DNA of 64,000 bases from a bacterium (GCA_021848145.1 JAJZMX010000005.1:25528-89527); one strand, 5' to 3'. Positions 45,805 through 54,961 are shown, counted from the first letter of the stretch. Numbers and translations: made by a program. The notes: generated from the letters alone by a model not told the origin.

Positions 45805-47577
45805 ATGGGCATCAAAACAAAAAAAGATGTGGGAGCTAACGTAAAGAGTAATGGTGTAATGTTCCGTGTTTGGGCTCCTTTCGCCGAAAATGTTGCTGTT
45901 ACAGGCTCATTTAATAACTGGGGAGAAGAAGCGTTAACTAGTGAAAATGACGGCTATTGGTCATTGTTTGTTCGCGGGGCAACTACTGGGCAAGAATACA
46001 AATACGTTATTTATAGAGACGGTGAAAAATTATATAGGAACGACCCCAGGGCTCTGCATTTTACAACTAGCGCTGGTAACTCTGTGATAGCTAGTAGTTC
46101 GTTTAACTGGGAAGGTGATTTCTTCCAAAGTATACCTATAGAGAAACAAGTAATTTATGAGCTGCATGTGGGTACATTTAATCGTCCGGATCCAGCAATC
46201 AATGGAACATTTTATGATCTTATAAATAAATTGGATTATCTAAAAGATTTAGGTGTAAACATGATTGAGATTATGCCGGTCAGTAGCATGATGATGGATC
46301 GTGGTTGGGGATATGCTATTGATTACATTTTCGCTGTGGAGAGCCTATACGGTGGACGACATGCCTTCCTGCAGTTCGTTAAGTCCGCGCATGCAAGAGG
46401 TATTGGTGTAATTCTGGATGTGGTCTATAACCATTTTGGACCCGATACTCATTTAGATTTGTGGAATTTTGATGGTTGGCACGAGGAAAATTACGGAGGA
46501 ATTTATTTCTATAATGACTGGCGAGCAGAAACCCCTTGGGGGAATACACGACCTGACTTTGGGAGACCAGAGGTCAGGCAATATATTCTAGATAACATTA
46601 CTATGTGGATTCATGATTGTCACATAGATGGGCTGAGAGTAGATTCAACGATATTTATGCGAAACGTTAAGGGTTCAAATGATGATCCGGCTCACGATCT
46701 GTCAGAGGGATGGTTACTGCTTCAGCAAATAAATAGTATAGCTAAGAAAATTAATCCAACCGTAATCACTATTGCTGAAGATGTTGCTGATAACGACTAT
46801 ATAGTAAAACCAACCAAAGAGGGTGGGGCCGGCTTTAGCTCTCAGTGGGAGCTTGGTTTCCCTGGGGTATTAAGGCAGGCACTCTACTCAAATGAAGTTC
46901 CTAAAATTGACCTAAGTGGTCTTTTGGGGGAATTGCCCAGACGCTATAATAATAATCCTTTTGAGAGAGTAATTTTTGCTGATTCACACGATAGTGCAGC
47001 TAACGGTTCATCAAGACTTATTGAGACAATTGCCCCTGGAAAGTCGGATAGTCTATTCGCTAGACAACAAGCTCTTCTAGCGGCAACAATAGTCTTAAGT
47101 ACCCCAGGGGTACCTATGCTATTTCAGGGACAAGAGTTTATGCAGGGGGGTAGTTTTAACGATTGGCAGGGAATGGACTGGAGTAAATCTAGCCGTTTTT
47201 CCGGCATTATTATGGCGCACAAACACCTGATCGAATTAAGAAAAAACATTTGGAATAATACCGCCGGACTCATGGGTCCCAACATAAATATTATGCACGC
47301 CGATAAAGACAATAAGGTTATCGCATACCATCGCTGGAATAATGGAGGCCCGAAGGATGATGTTGTTATTGTGATCAATTTTTCTAATCGTAGCTTCGAA
47401 GAATACGTTGTGGGCTTTCCTCGTAACGGAACCTGGAAACTTAGGTTCAATAGCAGTTGGAAAGGATACGACAGGGATTTTCAAGAAATTACCATAGGTG
47501 ATGTAAGGGTAGAAAATGGTGGTGGTAGCTTTGCCTTGCCACCAGGAAGTGCTTTAATCTTTTCACAAGACGATTAG
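45805..47577 (+). CDS. GH13 alpha-glucan enzyme with N-terminal CBM48 (TreZ/branching/debranching-like)
   Basis: GH13 regions DVVYNHFGPD, DGLRVDS, IAEDV and FADSHD. N-terminal FRVWAP...VTGSFNNW is the CBM48 part. Confidence 0.75.
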   Translation: MGIKTKKDVGANVKSNGVMFRVWAPFAENVAVTGSFNNWGEEALTSENDGYWSLFVRGATTGQEYKYVIYRDGEKLYRNDPRALHFTTSAGNSVIASSSFNWEGDFFQSIPIEKQVIYELHVGTFNRPDPAINGTFYDLINKLDYLKDLGVNMIEIMPVSSMMMDRGWGYAIDYIFAVESLYGGRHAFLQFVKSAHARGIGVILDVVYNHFGPDTHLDLWNFDGWHEENYGGIYFYNDWRAETPWGNTRPDFGRPEVRQYILDNITMWIHDCHIDGLRVDSTIFMRNVKGSNDDPAHDLSEGWLLLQQINSIAKKINPTVITIAEDVADNDYIVKPTKEGGAGFSSQWELGFPGVLRQALYSNEVPKIDLSGLLGELPRRYNNNPFERVIFADSHDSAANGSSRLIETIAPGKSDSLFARQQALLAATIVLSTPGVPMLFQGQEFMQGGSFNDWQGMDWSKSSRFSGIIMAHKHLIELRKNIWNNTAGLMGPNINIMHADKDNKVIAYHRWNNGGPKDDVVIVINFSNRSFEEYVVGFPRNGTWKLRFNSSWKGYDRDFQEITIGDVRVENGGGSFALPPGSALIFSQDD

Positions 47578-47595
47578 AATTAAAAAATTGTTTGG

Positions 47596-48225
47596 CTATT
47601 TTTTATCGCTTAAAGTTTCAAGAGATTGTCGGCGTTTAATATACCACCAAACAATTAGCGCAACTATAACTACTCCGAACACTACACTTACCGGTGTAGA
47701 GTATTTGGAAATGCTTTTCCAATTTCCTGCTACAGCATAACCAGAATATGCGAGCGCAAAAGTCCAAGGCAAGCTACCTATAAAAGTAAATAATCCAAAC
47801 TTTGCCACTGGCATCTCAGCGATTCCAGCAGGCAAACTGATGAATGTTCGTACAACTGGTAGTATTCGTCCGATAAGTACTGCAATATCACCATGCTTTT
47901 TAAAAAAAGCTTCAGATTTGTCTAAATCTTTTTTTCTTAAAAGAACATAACGGCCCCACTTCTCAACCACTACCCGCCCGCCAGTTCTTCCTACTGCGTA
48001 TGCTATAGCGGCACCAATTAAGTTACCAATAGAGCCTATTAAAGCAACCCAGAAAACATTAAGATGTCCTACTGCTCCAGCTACAACGATTCCTGAGGCT
48101 AAAGCTCCTCCGAAAAGCATTATTGCTTCACTAGGTATTGGAATGCAAGCAGATTCAAGAATCATTAACAAAAAGATCGCCAAATACCCATGGCGACTAA
48201 TCTCTGATACTAGAAAGTGTTCCAC
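47596..48225 (-). CDS. DedA-family membrane protein
   Basis: PIPSEAIMLFGGAL and GRILPVVRTFISLPAG motifs. Confidence 0.8.
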   Translation of the reverse strand: MEHFLVSEISRHGYLAIFLLMILESACIPIPSEAIMLFGGALASGIVVAGAVGHLNVFWVALIGSIGNLIGAAIAYAVGRTGGRVVVEKWGRYVLLRKKDLDKSEAFFKKHGDIAVLIGRILPVVRTFISLPAGIAEMPVAKFGLFTFIGSLPWTFALAYSGYAVAGNWKSISKYSTPVSVVFGVVIVALIVWWYIKRRQSLETLSDKK

Positions 48226-48522
48226 TTAGATCTTCTTTTACTAAATTTACTCTTTTAAAGCATAGGTGAGAAACTTAATACAGTAAAGCCTAAATATGTC
48301 TTTTTGCAGTACAATCTCAGAATCAAGAGTAATTAGCCAATATATTCAATTAAGTTAATTCGCTCACTTTTTAAGGTTAAATGCCTATCAATCCTTGTTC
48401 AAGTGATTTTGATGCTTGGTAAAGCGCGTAGATTGGCAATTTGCCATCATATAGGTAATCCATCCCATTTTCAAAAGTACTAATTTATATCTGTTAATTA
48501 AACTGGCGAATCTTAGTGCACG

Positions 48523-48972
48523 CTATCGCAGCTGTGGTGTCGAATCAAGCAAGTACTTCCAATAGGCATATGTACTCGTAATTTTGCCTATATTCAGTAC
48601 GCGGTGTTGACGAAGTGCGATCCGTAGCCGCTTCTCACTCATTAAGAAGACTAAACTGTTTTCTTCTGGATTTGCCCTAAGTGTTAATTTGTCTGCTGGA
48701 AGACATATCGAATAGCTATATATGAAATTTCGATTTATTTGAGTTTTCGTCGAATGATTGAATTTTGTCTTACCGATGAAGTAAAGTTGACTAGGCTCAA
48801 TACTAATACCTAATTCTTCTTTAACTTCCCGGGCAGCTGCTTGCTTAGGCTGTTCCCCTGCATCAACACCGCCGCCTACCGATACTTCAATTTCATCGGG
48901 ATGATATTTAAGGGAAGGAGAGCGTTTCTGCATCACAATCTGTTTATCGGGCGTGTAAATAAGAACGTGCAC
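48523..48972 (-). CDS. NUDIX hydrolase (IDI-like), apparently 5'-truncated
   Basis: Nudix box GGGVDAGEQPKQAAAREVKEELGI. The conserved KGLWHRG segment lies in frame upstream of the only usable start (GTG 48972). An in-frame stop lies 11 codons upstream. Confidence 0.6.
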   Translation of the reverse strand: MHVLIYTPDKQIVMQKRSPSLKYHPDEIEVSVGGGVDAGEQPKQAAAREVKEELGISIEPSQLYFIGKTKFNHSTKTQINRNFIYSYSICLPADKLTLRANPEENSLVFLMSEKRLRIALRQHRVLNIGKITSTYAYWKYLLDSTPQLR

Positions 48973-49026
48973 ACCACGGTGCCATAATCCCTTGACGTCA
49001 AGACGCTAAAGCGCTAAGATGTTTTT

Positions 49027-49263
49027 ATGAGCAACGATTCTAAAACTACTCTATATTTTAGCCCAGCAGTACGAAAAGCCTTAAAAAAACGTATAGTCGA
49101 TACTAACGAGACGATGTCTGAGTACGTTGATAGGGCAGTAGCTAATGCAATTGCCGAAGATTTGGAAGACATAGAAATGATTGAAGAGCGTCGTAATGAT
49201 CCTACCGAGTCACTAGATGAGTTCCTTAAAGCGTTAAAAGCAGATGGCATTATACAAGGTTGA
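49027..49263 (+). CDS. RHH antitoxin, paralog of 28662-28880
   Basis: TLYFSPAVRKALKKRIVDTNETMSEYVDRAV is an RHH motif. It shares the C-terminal tail FLKALKADGI with the other antitoxin. Confidence 0.7.
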   Translation: MSNDSKTTLYFSPAVRKALKKRIVDTNETMSEYVDRAVANAIAEDLEDIEMIEERRNDPTESLDEFLKALKADGIIQG

Positions 49264-49507
49264 GATAAGCAAGAACGTACGTAAAAAAGATTTGAATCAT
49301 ATTCCGCCAAGGGATGTTAGAAGAATCACGGAACGATTAAGGTCACTTACAGAAGACCCCTACCCAGCTGGTGCGATTAGGCTTAAAGGCAGAGAAGAAT
49401 GGAGGATTAGGCAAGGTGACTACCGAATTCTATATTTAGTTTATGAACAGATAGTTACAGTTATTGTCATTAAAGTTGGTCACAGAAAAGACGTATATAA
49501 AACATAA
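49244..49507 (+). CDS. RelE/ParE-family toxin, paralog of 28867-29136
   Basis: WRIRQGDYRILYLVYEQIVTVIVIKVGHRKDVY. Confidence 0.85.
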   Translation: MALYKVEISKNVRKKDLNHIPPRDVRRITERLRSLTEDPYPAGAIRLKGREEWRIRQGDYRILYLVYEQIVTVIVIKVGHRKDVYKT

Positions 49508-49554
49508 CTTCGTTGGAGGGCCATCGTAATGGTTATATCAACTAACTTATTAAC

Positions 49555-50241
49555 CTAAATAGTATCAGCGTTCCTAACAATTCTTTTAGCCCTGAGATGA
49601 GCTGCCCTAGGAGAAAGCACATAACCAGTAAGTAATGCCGCTTCACCTAAGCCGAGTGCACCTATTACACCTGCTAAACTATCTGAAGGAATATCAGGAG
49701 AAGTTGATAGTTGGGGTAAATGCAAGTGTTCAGCTCTATCTTGTGCGTTTAAGTTTTTTGCAACAGATACCTGAGCACGTGCAGTTAACAAACCCATTCC
49801 AGCTCCGCCAATTAATGCACCAGATAAGGCCATTACAGCTATGAATCTTCTAGAAAGCCGCTGTTGTTGCATTTTAACTACACTAATTCTCGAATAATCG
49901 TCCCATGCAATATCTTCTTCCTCAGACCCTTTAGCAGATGCAGCCTTTGCAGCTAAGTAATCTTGTTGAGCTTTGGCCCTATTGTTAGGATTGCCAAAAA
50001 GGATATCATGCTCAGCTCTTATAGCATTTTGAGTTAATTCTCTTGAAGAATGACCATGCTCAACTAAAACATTTACAGCATTTTTACTAGATTCCTTAAT
50101 TACTGCTGGACTTATTTCAGCAATTACTCGAATGGCTGGATCAACACTTATTGATTCAATAGCACTTGCAAAGTTATAAGCCTCAACGACAGGATTATTT
50201 GACATATTTGACATTAAATTATAAAATATCACAAAAGACAA
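49555..50241 (-). CDS. Hypothetical protein with two C-terminal TM helices
   Basis: ORF only. The start is uncertain (several Met near the N-terminus). Confidence 0.4.
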   Translation of the reverse strand: MSFVIFYNLMSNMSNNPVVEAYNFASAIESISVDPAIRVIAEISPAVIKESSKNAVNVLVEHGHSSRELTQNAIRAEHDILFGNPNNRAKAQQDYLAAKAASAKGSEEEDIAWDDYSRISVVKMQQQRLSRRFIAVMALSGALIGGAGMGLLTARAQVSVAKNLNAQDRAEHLHLPQLSTSPDIPSDSLAGVIGALGLGEAALLTGYVLSPRAAHLRAKRIVRNADTI

Positions 50242-50435
50242 TAATGGTCAAGTATATTAACCATAACGCTTGTAGGCCTGGGTGTTAGTTAACTATTACC
50301 GATAAAATGACAAGTATAATAATTTTGGAGGGCCCAGTGGGACAGCGCTTCCCTCGCTAAAGCTCATCGCTTCTCCGTTCGCTACGCTCACATACGACGA
50401 ACCCCATTGGGTTCGAGAACTCAATAGATCAACCA

Positions 50436-50461
50436 CGAAAAAACCGCCCAAAAGGACGGTT
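50436..50461 (-). terminator. Intrinsic terminator directly downstream of tRNA-Lys
   Basis: Minus-strand RNA AACCGTCC-TTTT-GGGCGGTT followed by TTTTTT. Confidence 0.6.
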
Positions 50462-50467
50462 CTTTCG

Positions 50468-50544
50468 TGGAGGGCCAGGAGGGACTCGAACCCTCGACAC
50501 CCTGCTTAAGAGGCAGGTGCTCTAACCGGCTGAGCTACTGGCCC
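50468..50544 (-). tRNA. tRNA-Lys (anticodon CTT), CCA encoded
   Basis: Acceptor GGGCCAG/CTGGCCC, anticodon arm CCTGC-CTCTTAA-GCAGG, T arm GAGGG-TTCGAGT-CCCTC. Confidence 0.9.
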
Positions 50545-50642
50545 GTAAAAGTACCAAAAAACTTTAGCAAATTACCTCTGTTTTTGCAATAGAGTTACTA
50601 TTATAAACAGATTAGCTCCACCTTTGGTAAAATAGGTAAATC

Positions 50643-51452
50643 ATGAAATTGTTACTTGGTAGTGAACTGGCTGGTTTTATTAAAGAACGTCAAGCGCATA
50701 ATGTGCGTTCATTAAAGCAGTCAAAGGGAATATTCCCAAAACTTGCAATTATTAAGACCATAGATAATCCAGTTATTGATCTCTATGTTAGTTTGAAACG
50801 ACGTTACGCGGAAGATATTGGCATACAAGTAGAGGTGTTTAGAGTAAACCAAAAAGAAGCGTCAAGCCTTCTAGAACAGCTAAATAATGACTCGTCAGTA
50901 CATGGAATAATAGTTCAATTACCGCTAGAAGATCCCAGCGAAACTGACCAGTTGGTAAATTTGGTTTCTCCCAGGAAAGATGTCGACGCACTGGGAGAAA
51001 AAGCCAAATTCGATCCTGCTACACCTATGGCAATTTTATGGTTACTGTCTGGGTTTAATGTTGACCTTCAAGGCAAAAAGGTAGTTTTGGTCGGAAGGGG
51101 AAAACTAGTTGGAGCTCCGCTTGAGAAAATGTTAAAAGCAAGTGGTGTTGATGTGTCGGTTGCAGACAGTAGCACTAAGGATGTGGCAGTCATGACTAGA
51201 GAAGCTGACATTATTGTGACAGCTACGGGACGGCCCGCAATTCTCACTAGTGACATGATAAAACCTGGGGCAGTTGTCGTTGATGCGGGTGTTGCTAGCG
51301 AAAACGGCAAGACTTTAGGTGACGTAGATAAAGAAGTGTTGGAGAGAGAAGATTTAACTATTACACCCGAAAAGGGCGGAGTTGGCCCCTTAACTGTATG
51401 TGCCTTATTTGAAAACGTTATCCGATCTGCCGAGAGGACCGATAACTCTTAA
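50643..51452 (+). CDS. folD: Bifunctional methylenetetrahydrofolate dehydrogenase/cyclohydrolase
   Basis: GIIVQLPL, VVLVGRGKLVGAPL and GGVGPLT motifs. Confidence 0.9.
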   Translation: MKLLLGSELAGFIKERQAHNVRSLKQSKGIFPKLAIIKTIDNPVIDLYVSLKRRYAEDIGIQVEVFRVNQKEASSLLEQLNNDSSVHGIIVQLPLEDPSETDQLVNLVSPRKDVDALGEKAKFDPATPMAILWLLSGFNVDLQGKKVVLVGRGKLVGAPLEKMLKASGVDVSVADSSTKDVAVMTREADIIVTATGRPAILTSDMIKPGAVVVDAGVASENGKTLGDVDKEVLEREDLTITPEKGGVGPLTVCALFENVIRSAERTDNS

Positions 51453-52728
51453 TTAGTTGATCCAGTATTTCAAAAATTTCTTCGGGCATATTGTGTCTCC
51501 CTAGTATCCTGTAATCATAATTTTTATCAAGCTCAAAGGTAAATCTGTCTTTAAGTTCTGGATACTTATCCTGGCACATCCTCATAGCTGCCCGGCTCTC
51601 TTTTATTTCTCCTACACATTCTAGGGGCTTATCTCCAGAAATGCCTAGTAAGTTACGATATGTTTCATCAAGTCCATTGTCTAGAAGTAAGTTTTTATGG
51701 AAAATAGTATTCAAATCGACCTCACTTACAAACGGGGTTAACACCATGTAAACAAAGGCGCATTTTGGACACTCTCCACACCAAGAAAGTAAATGGTTGC
51801 CATAACGAAAAGTCCTATTGCAGGAGCTGAATTTATATCTGTACTTATCCCAAGCAGTTTTAGAAAACAATTCAGCAATGAATAGCTCACTAAGTGGCCT
51901 TAGAAACGAATAATAACGAATAGAATTTCCGTAAGTCCTTTGAAGTAGGTCTTGGTAGTCTTGTTCATATTCTTGGGACTTGGAATATTGATGGTTTATA
52001 TCTACTCCTTGGTAGTTAAGGGTTGGTTCGTTTGCCGCTTGCTCATTGGACACGACAATGTCTCTGTAGCCTGTAAGGATTGCAGTAACAGTACCGGCAC
52101 AGCCAATTATTGCGGAGATAGGAACATGGCCATTGAGCGCTCCCTTGCTGTTAAGTTCAAGTAATTTCTTATCCCAGGACCTATCGACAAAGAAGTGTTT
52201 AAGGCCAATCTTATCCACTAATTCTTGGAGCAATTCTCTGTGCCCCAAACTCCAAGTCGCAATTGGTTTATCTGATTTTTTGAGTGCTTCAACGCTTAAC
52301 AGTGAATCCTTTCCGCCGCCAATACCAATTAGCATACCGCCGTTTGATTGAGCTTCCATTTGTATTTCTGGTTCCGTATTTGGATTAAAAGGGATATTTA
52401 TTGAAGGGTTAAGCTTATTGACATAATAGAATTCGCCGAGTCCTTTAGAATATGTTTTGGCGAAAAAAGAGGCGTCTGCTTTATCTAATAGTATGTTACT
52501 TAATTCAATTTCTTCAGGCATAAACGTTTTATAATATGAAACCCCAGCCATCAAGAAAAGCGTGCGTAACGCTCTATCTAGCGCCTTCGGGTCATAGTTT
52601 ACGAAATCAAAATCAAAGAAGTAGCTTTCTTTGAAGCCGAGCTCATGGTCCAGGCTATAGTTCAATTCAAGTCTGTGGCTTTTGGGGTCGAACTCATAAC
52701 CTTCAAAAATAAATTTACGGTATTTCAT
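51418..52728 (-). CDS. PP-loop (GGGKDS) ATP-pyrophosphatase-fold protein coupled to murD; candidate MurL-type UDP-MurNAc-L-Ala-L-Glu epimerase
   Basis: IGIGGGKDSLLS PP-loop and a CxxCxKC cluster (WCGECPKCAF). 4-nt overlap with the murD stop. The MurL assignment rests on context, not on a search. Confidence 0.45.
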   Translation of the reverse strand: MKYRKFIFEGYEFDPKSHRLELNYSLDHELGFKESYFFDFDFVNYDPKALDRALRTLFLMAGVSYYKTFMPEEIELSNILLDKADASFFAKTYSKGLGEFYYVNKLNPSINIPFNPNTEPEIQMEAQSNGGMLIGIGGGKDSLLSVEALKKSDKPIATWSLGHRELLQELVDKIGLKHFFVDRSWDKKLLELNSKGALNGHVPISAIIGCAGTVTAILTGYRDIVVSNEQAANEPTLNYQGVDINHQYSKSQEYEQDYQDLLQRTYGNSIRYYSFLRPLSELFIAELFSKTAWDKYRYKFSSCNRTFRYGNHLLSWCGECPKCAFVYMVLTPFVSEVDLNTIFHKNLLLDNGLDETYRNLLGISGDKPLECVGEIKESRAAMRMCQDKYPELKDRFTFELDKNYDYRILGRHNMPEEIFEILDQLIKSYRSSRQIG

Positions 52729-54026
52729 AGCTTATCTACGGCTTGGTTGAATTTATTACCCCTATCGATGAAGTTTGTAAACATATCAAAGCTTGCAAAC
52801 CCAGGGCTTAACACTACAGCATCTCCAGGTTTGGTGAATTGCCTGGCTTTATTAACTATCTCTTCCATGATTTTATCTTCACTTACGGTATACAACTTCA
52901 CACCCACGGAATCTAACACCCTTGCCAATCTTTGGGCCGATTGCCCAATGAGTAGCAGCTGTCTTATGTTATCTAAGTTTTGTTTGATACCGTTTGCAAA
53001 GTCCTCGAGGGGTAGATTTCTCTCGTATCCACCAAGTATCAAAACCTTTTTACCTGGTATAGCTTCGATTGCTGCTAGTGCAGCAGGAGGTGCGGATGAA
53101 AAGGAATCATCATAATAGCGAACATTGTCTTTCTCACCCCTGAATTCAAGTCGGTATGGTAGCCCCGAAAAACCAGTTATTGCTTCTTTAAAGGCAAGCG
53201 GGTTGCGCTCGACTTGCCAAGAGGCTGTTATAGCAGCTGCGACATTTTGCCAGTTATGCTTGCCTAATAGTTTCAGGTCTGTAACGGAGCAAATAATTTC
53301 ATTTCCAATTACGAAATTGTCGTCTTTAATTATTGCTCCTGGCTTGTCCATGTATGGCAGTTTAAAGCCTTTACTGGTGGAAGCGATACGCCTTGAACCT
53401 TCGCTTAAGGCATAATATATTGCAATATCATCTGAGTTCTGGTGTCTAAAGAGGTTAGTTTTAGCGTTATAGTACTCATCAATATCTGCATGCCAGTCCA
53501 AATGCTCTGGTTCTATCATCAGGCATACCCCTATATGGGGTGAAATGTTAGCATCAATCAACTGATAGCTAGAGAGCTCTAAAACTACCCAATCCTCCTG
53601 CTTAATACCTTCTTTTAGTAAGTCCAGAGCCGGTAGGCCAATATTTCCTCCGAGAAAAACCCTCTTACCCAGTTTCTCTATAATCTTGGTAATTAAAGTA
53701 GAAGTAGTACCCTTACCCTTAGTTCCGGTTACGCCGATAATGTTTCTCGTTGGAGAAACTTTAATAAACTCATTTGTATTAGATGTGACCTTTTCTAAAA
53801 TGTCCCTCCCAGAAGCTTCTACAAGTGCGTTTGGTTTTACGGCTGGTGATCTTACTATAACGTCAAAGCGCGAAAGGTCTGCCAAATAGTTAGGGCCACT
53901 CTGTAGGTAAGTTCCTTCAGGAACATCTACGTGATTTACATCACATATAGTTATAGTACCTTTATCTTTGTAATAGTTATAGGCGGCCTGACCTTCGAGG
54001 CCGTAACCGACGATGGCTATATTCAC
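52725..54026 (-). CDS. murD: UDP-N-acetylmuramoyl-L-alanine--glutamate ligase (MurD or MurD2)
   Basis: GVTGTKGKGTTSTLI P-loop and Mur-ligase middle and C-terminal domains. Confidence 0.88.
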   Translation of the reverse strand: MNIAIVGYGLEGQAAYNYYKDKGTITICDVNHVDVPEGTYLQSGPNYLADLSRFDVIVRSPAVKPNALVEASGRDILEKVTSNTNEFIKVSPTRNIIGVTGTKGKGTTSTLITKIIEKLGKRVFLGGNIGLPALDLLKEGIKQEDWVVLELSSYQLIDANISPHIGVCLMIEPEHLDWHADIDEYYNAKTNLFRHQNSDDIAIYYALSEGSRRIASTSKGFKLPYMDKPGAIIKDDNFVIGNEIICSVTDLKLLGKHNWQNVAAAITASWQVERNPLAFKEAITGFSGLPYRLEFRGEKDNVRYYDDSFSSAPPAALAAIEAIPGKKVLILGGYERNLPLEDFANGIKQNLDNIRQLLLIGQSAQRLARVLDSVGVKLYTVSEDKIMEEIVNKARQFTKPGDAVVLSPGFASFDMFTNFIDRGNKFNQAVDKL

Positions 54027-54035
54027 AATTATTTC

Positions 54036-54404
54036 CTAATCGAGATGTTTCTTTACCAGCTCGAACACTTGTCTAGGGGTCATATTGGCTTTAAGAACTA
54101 CTGCGGTTACGCCCAATGATTTAACTGATTGGGGTATTTCCTGCTCACCCATATTGGTTAAAATTATTACCTTAATTTTCTTACCCCAGTCAGACTTACG
54201 CATAGTATCCAGTACTTGGTCGCCAGTCATTTCAGGCATCATTAAATCAAGCAAAACAATGTCTGGCTTCATTGATTGTATAAGATCCAATCCAAGCTTG
54301 CCGTTTTCAGCTGTCTCTACGTGATAACCTTCGGCCTCAAACTTAAAACGATACATTTGTGAAATTGTTTGGTCATCTTCTACGATCGCAATGTTTACGG
54401 CCAT
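54036..54404 (-). CDS. Stand-alone response-regulator receiver (CheY-like)
   Basis: EDD acidic pocket, phospho-acceptor in VLLDLMMP, conserved T and K. No output domain. Confidence 0.85.
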   Translation of the reverse strand: MAVNIAIVEDDQTISQMYRFKFEAEGYHVETAENGKLGLDLIQSMKPDIVLLDLMMPEMTGDQVLDTMRKSDWGKKIKVIILTNMGEQEIPQSVKSLGVTAVVLKANMTPRQVFELVKKHLD

Positions 54405-54443
54405 AATTATTATCCTATTCTAAGATTCTCTCTTTTACAACGT

Positions 54444-54812
54444 TCATGCTAAAACTTCCTCTATGATACCTACTATTTGTTTTGGTGTATGGTGGGCCTT
54501 AACGACGTAACGGTCTACATTCAAGAATCTTAATATTGGTGGGGCCTCATCTTTGCTAATGTTAGTTAGAACAATTACTTTTATGCCAACGCCACCATCC
54601 TTAGACCTCAACTTTTCCAGCATCTCGTCGCCACTCATTACGGGCATCTTTAAATCTAAAAGGATTAAAGAAGGCCCGAATTCTTCTACTTTATCTAGGC
54701 CTTGTTGCCCATCATGTGCAACACCAACAAGATATCCTTCGTTCTCTAGTTTAAAGCGATACATCTCAGCAATTGGGTGCTCGTCTTCTACTATTAGTAT
54801 TTTTGTTTTCAT
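54444..54812 (-). CDS. Stand-alone response-regulator receiver (CheY-like), paralog of the adjacent gene
   Basis: IVEDEH, ILLDLKMP, VLTN...VKA. 122 aa, the same length as its neighbour. Confidence 0.85.
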   Translation of the reverse strand: MKTKILIVEDEHPIAEMYRFKLENEGYLVGVAHDGQQGLDKVEEFGPSLILLDLKMPVMSGDEMLEKLRSKDGGVGIKVIVLTNISKDEAPPILRFLNVDRYVVKAHHTPKQIVGIIEEVLA

Positions 54813-54859
54813 TTATTAATGCCGTCAAATAGTTTTATTGTTAGCTAATTACGTAATTA

Positions 54860-54888
54860 TTGACATTTTAAAGCAGTTATGGTAAATT
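54860..54888 (+). promoter_or_regulatory. Candidate promoter TTGACA-17 nt-TGgTAAATT
   Basis: TTGACA at 54860-54865 and TAAATT at 54883-54888, preceded by TGG. Confidence 0.45.
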
Positions 54889-54915
54889 GCAAATGTTCTT
54901 TAGCAGAAAAAATTT

Positions 54916-54949
54916 GCACCTGATCTTCAAAGGTTAGGTGCTTTTTTTT
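54916..54949 (+). terminator. Strong intrinsic terminator/attenuator hairpin plus T8 inside the leader, 12 nt before ATG 54962
   Basis: GCACCTGATCT-tcaa-AGGTTAGGTGC (11 bp including 2 G-U) followed by TTTTTTTT. Confidence 0.6.
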
Positions 54950-54961
54950 GGAGAAATTTAG

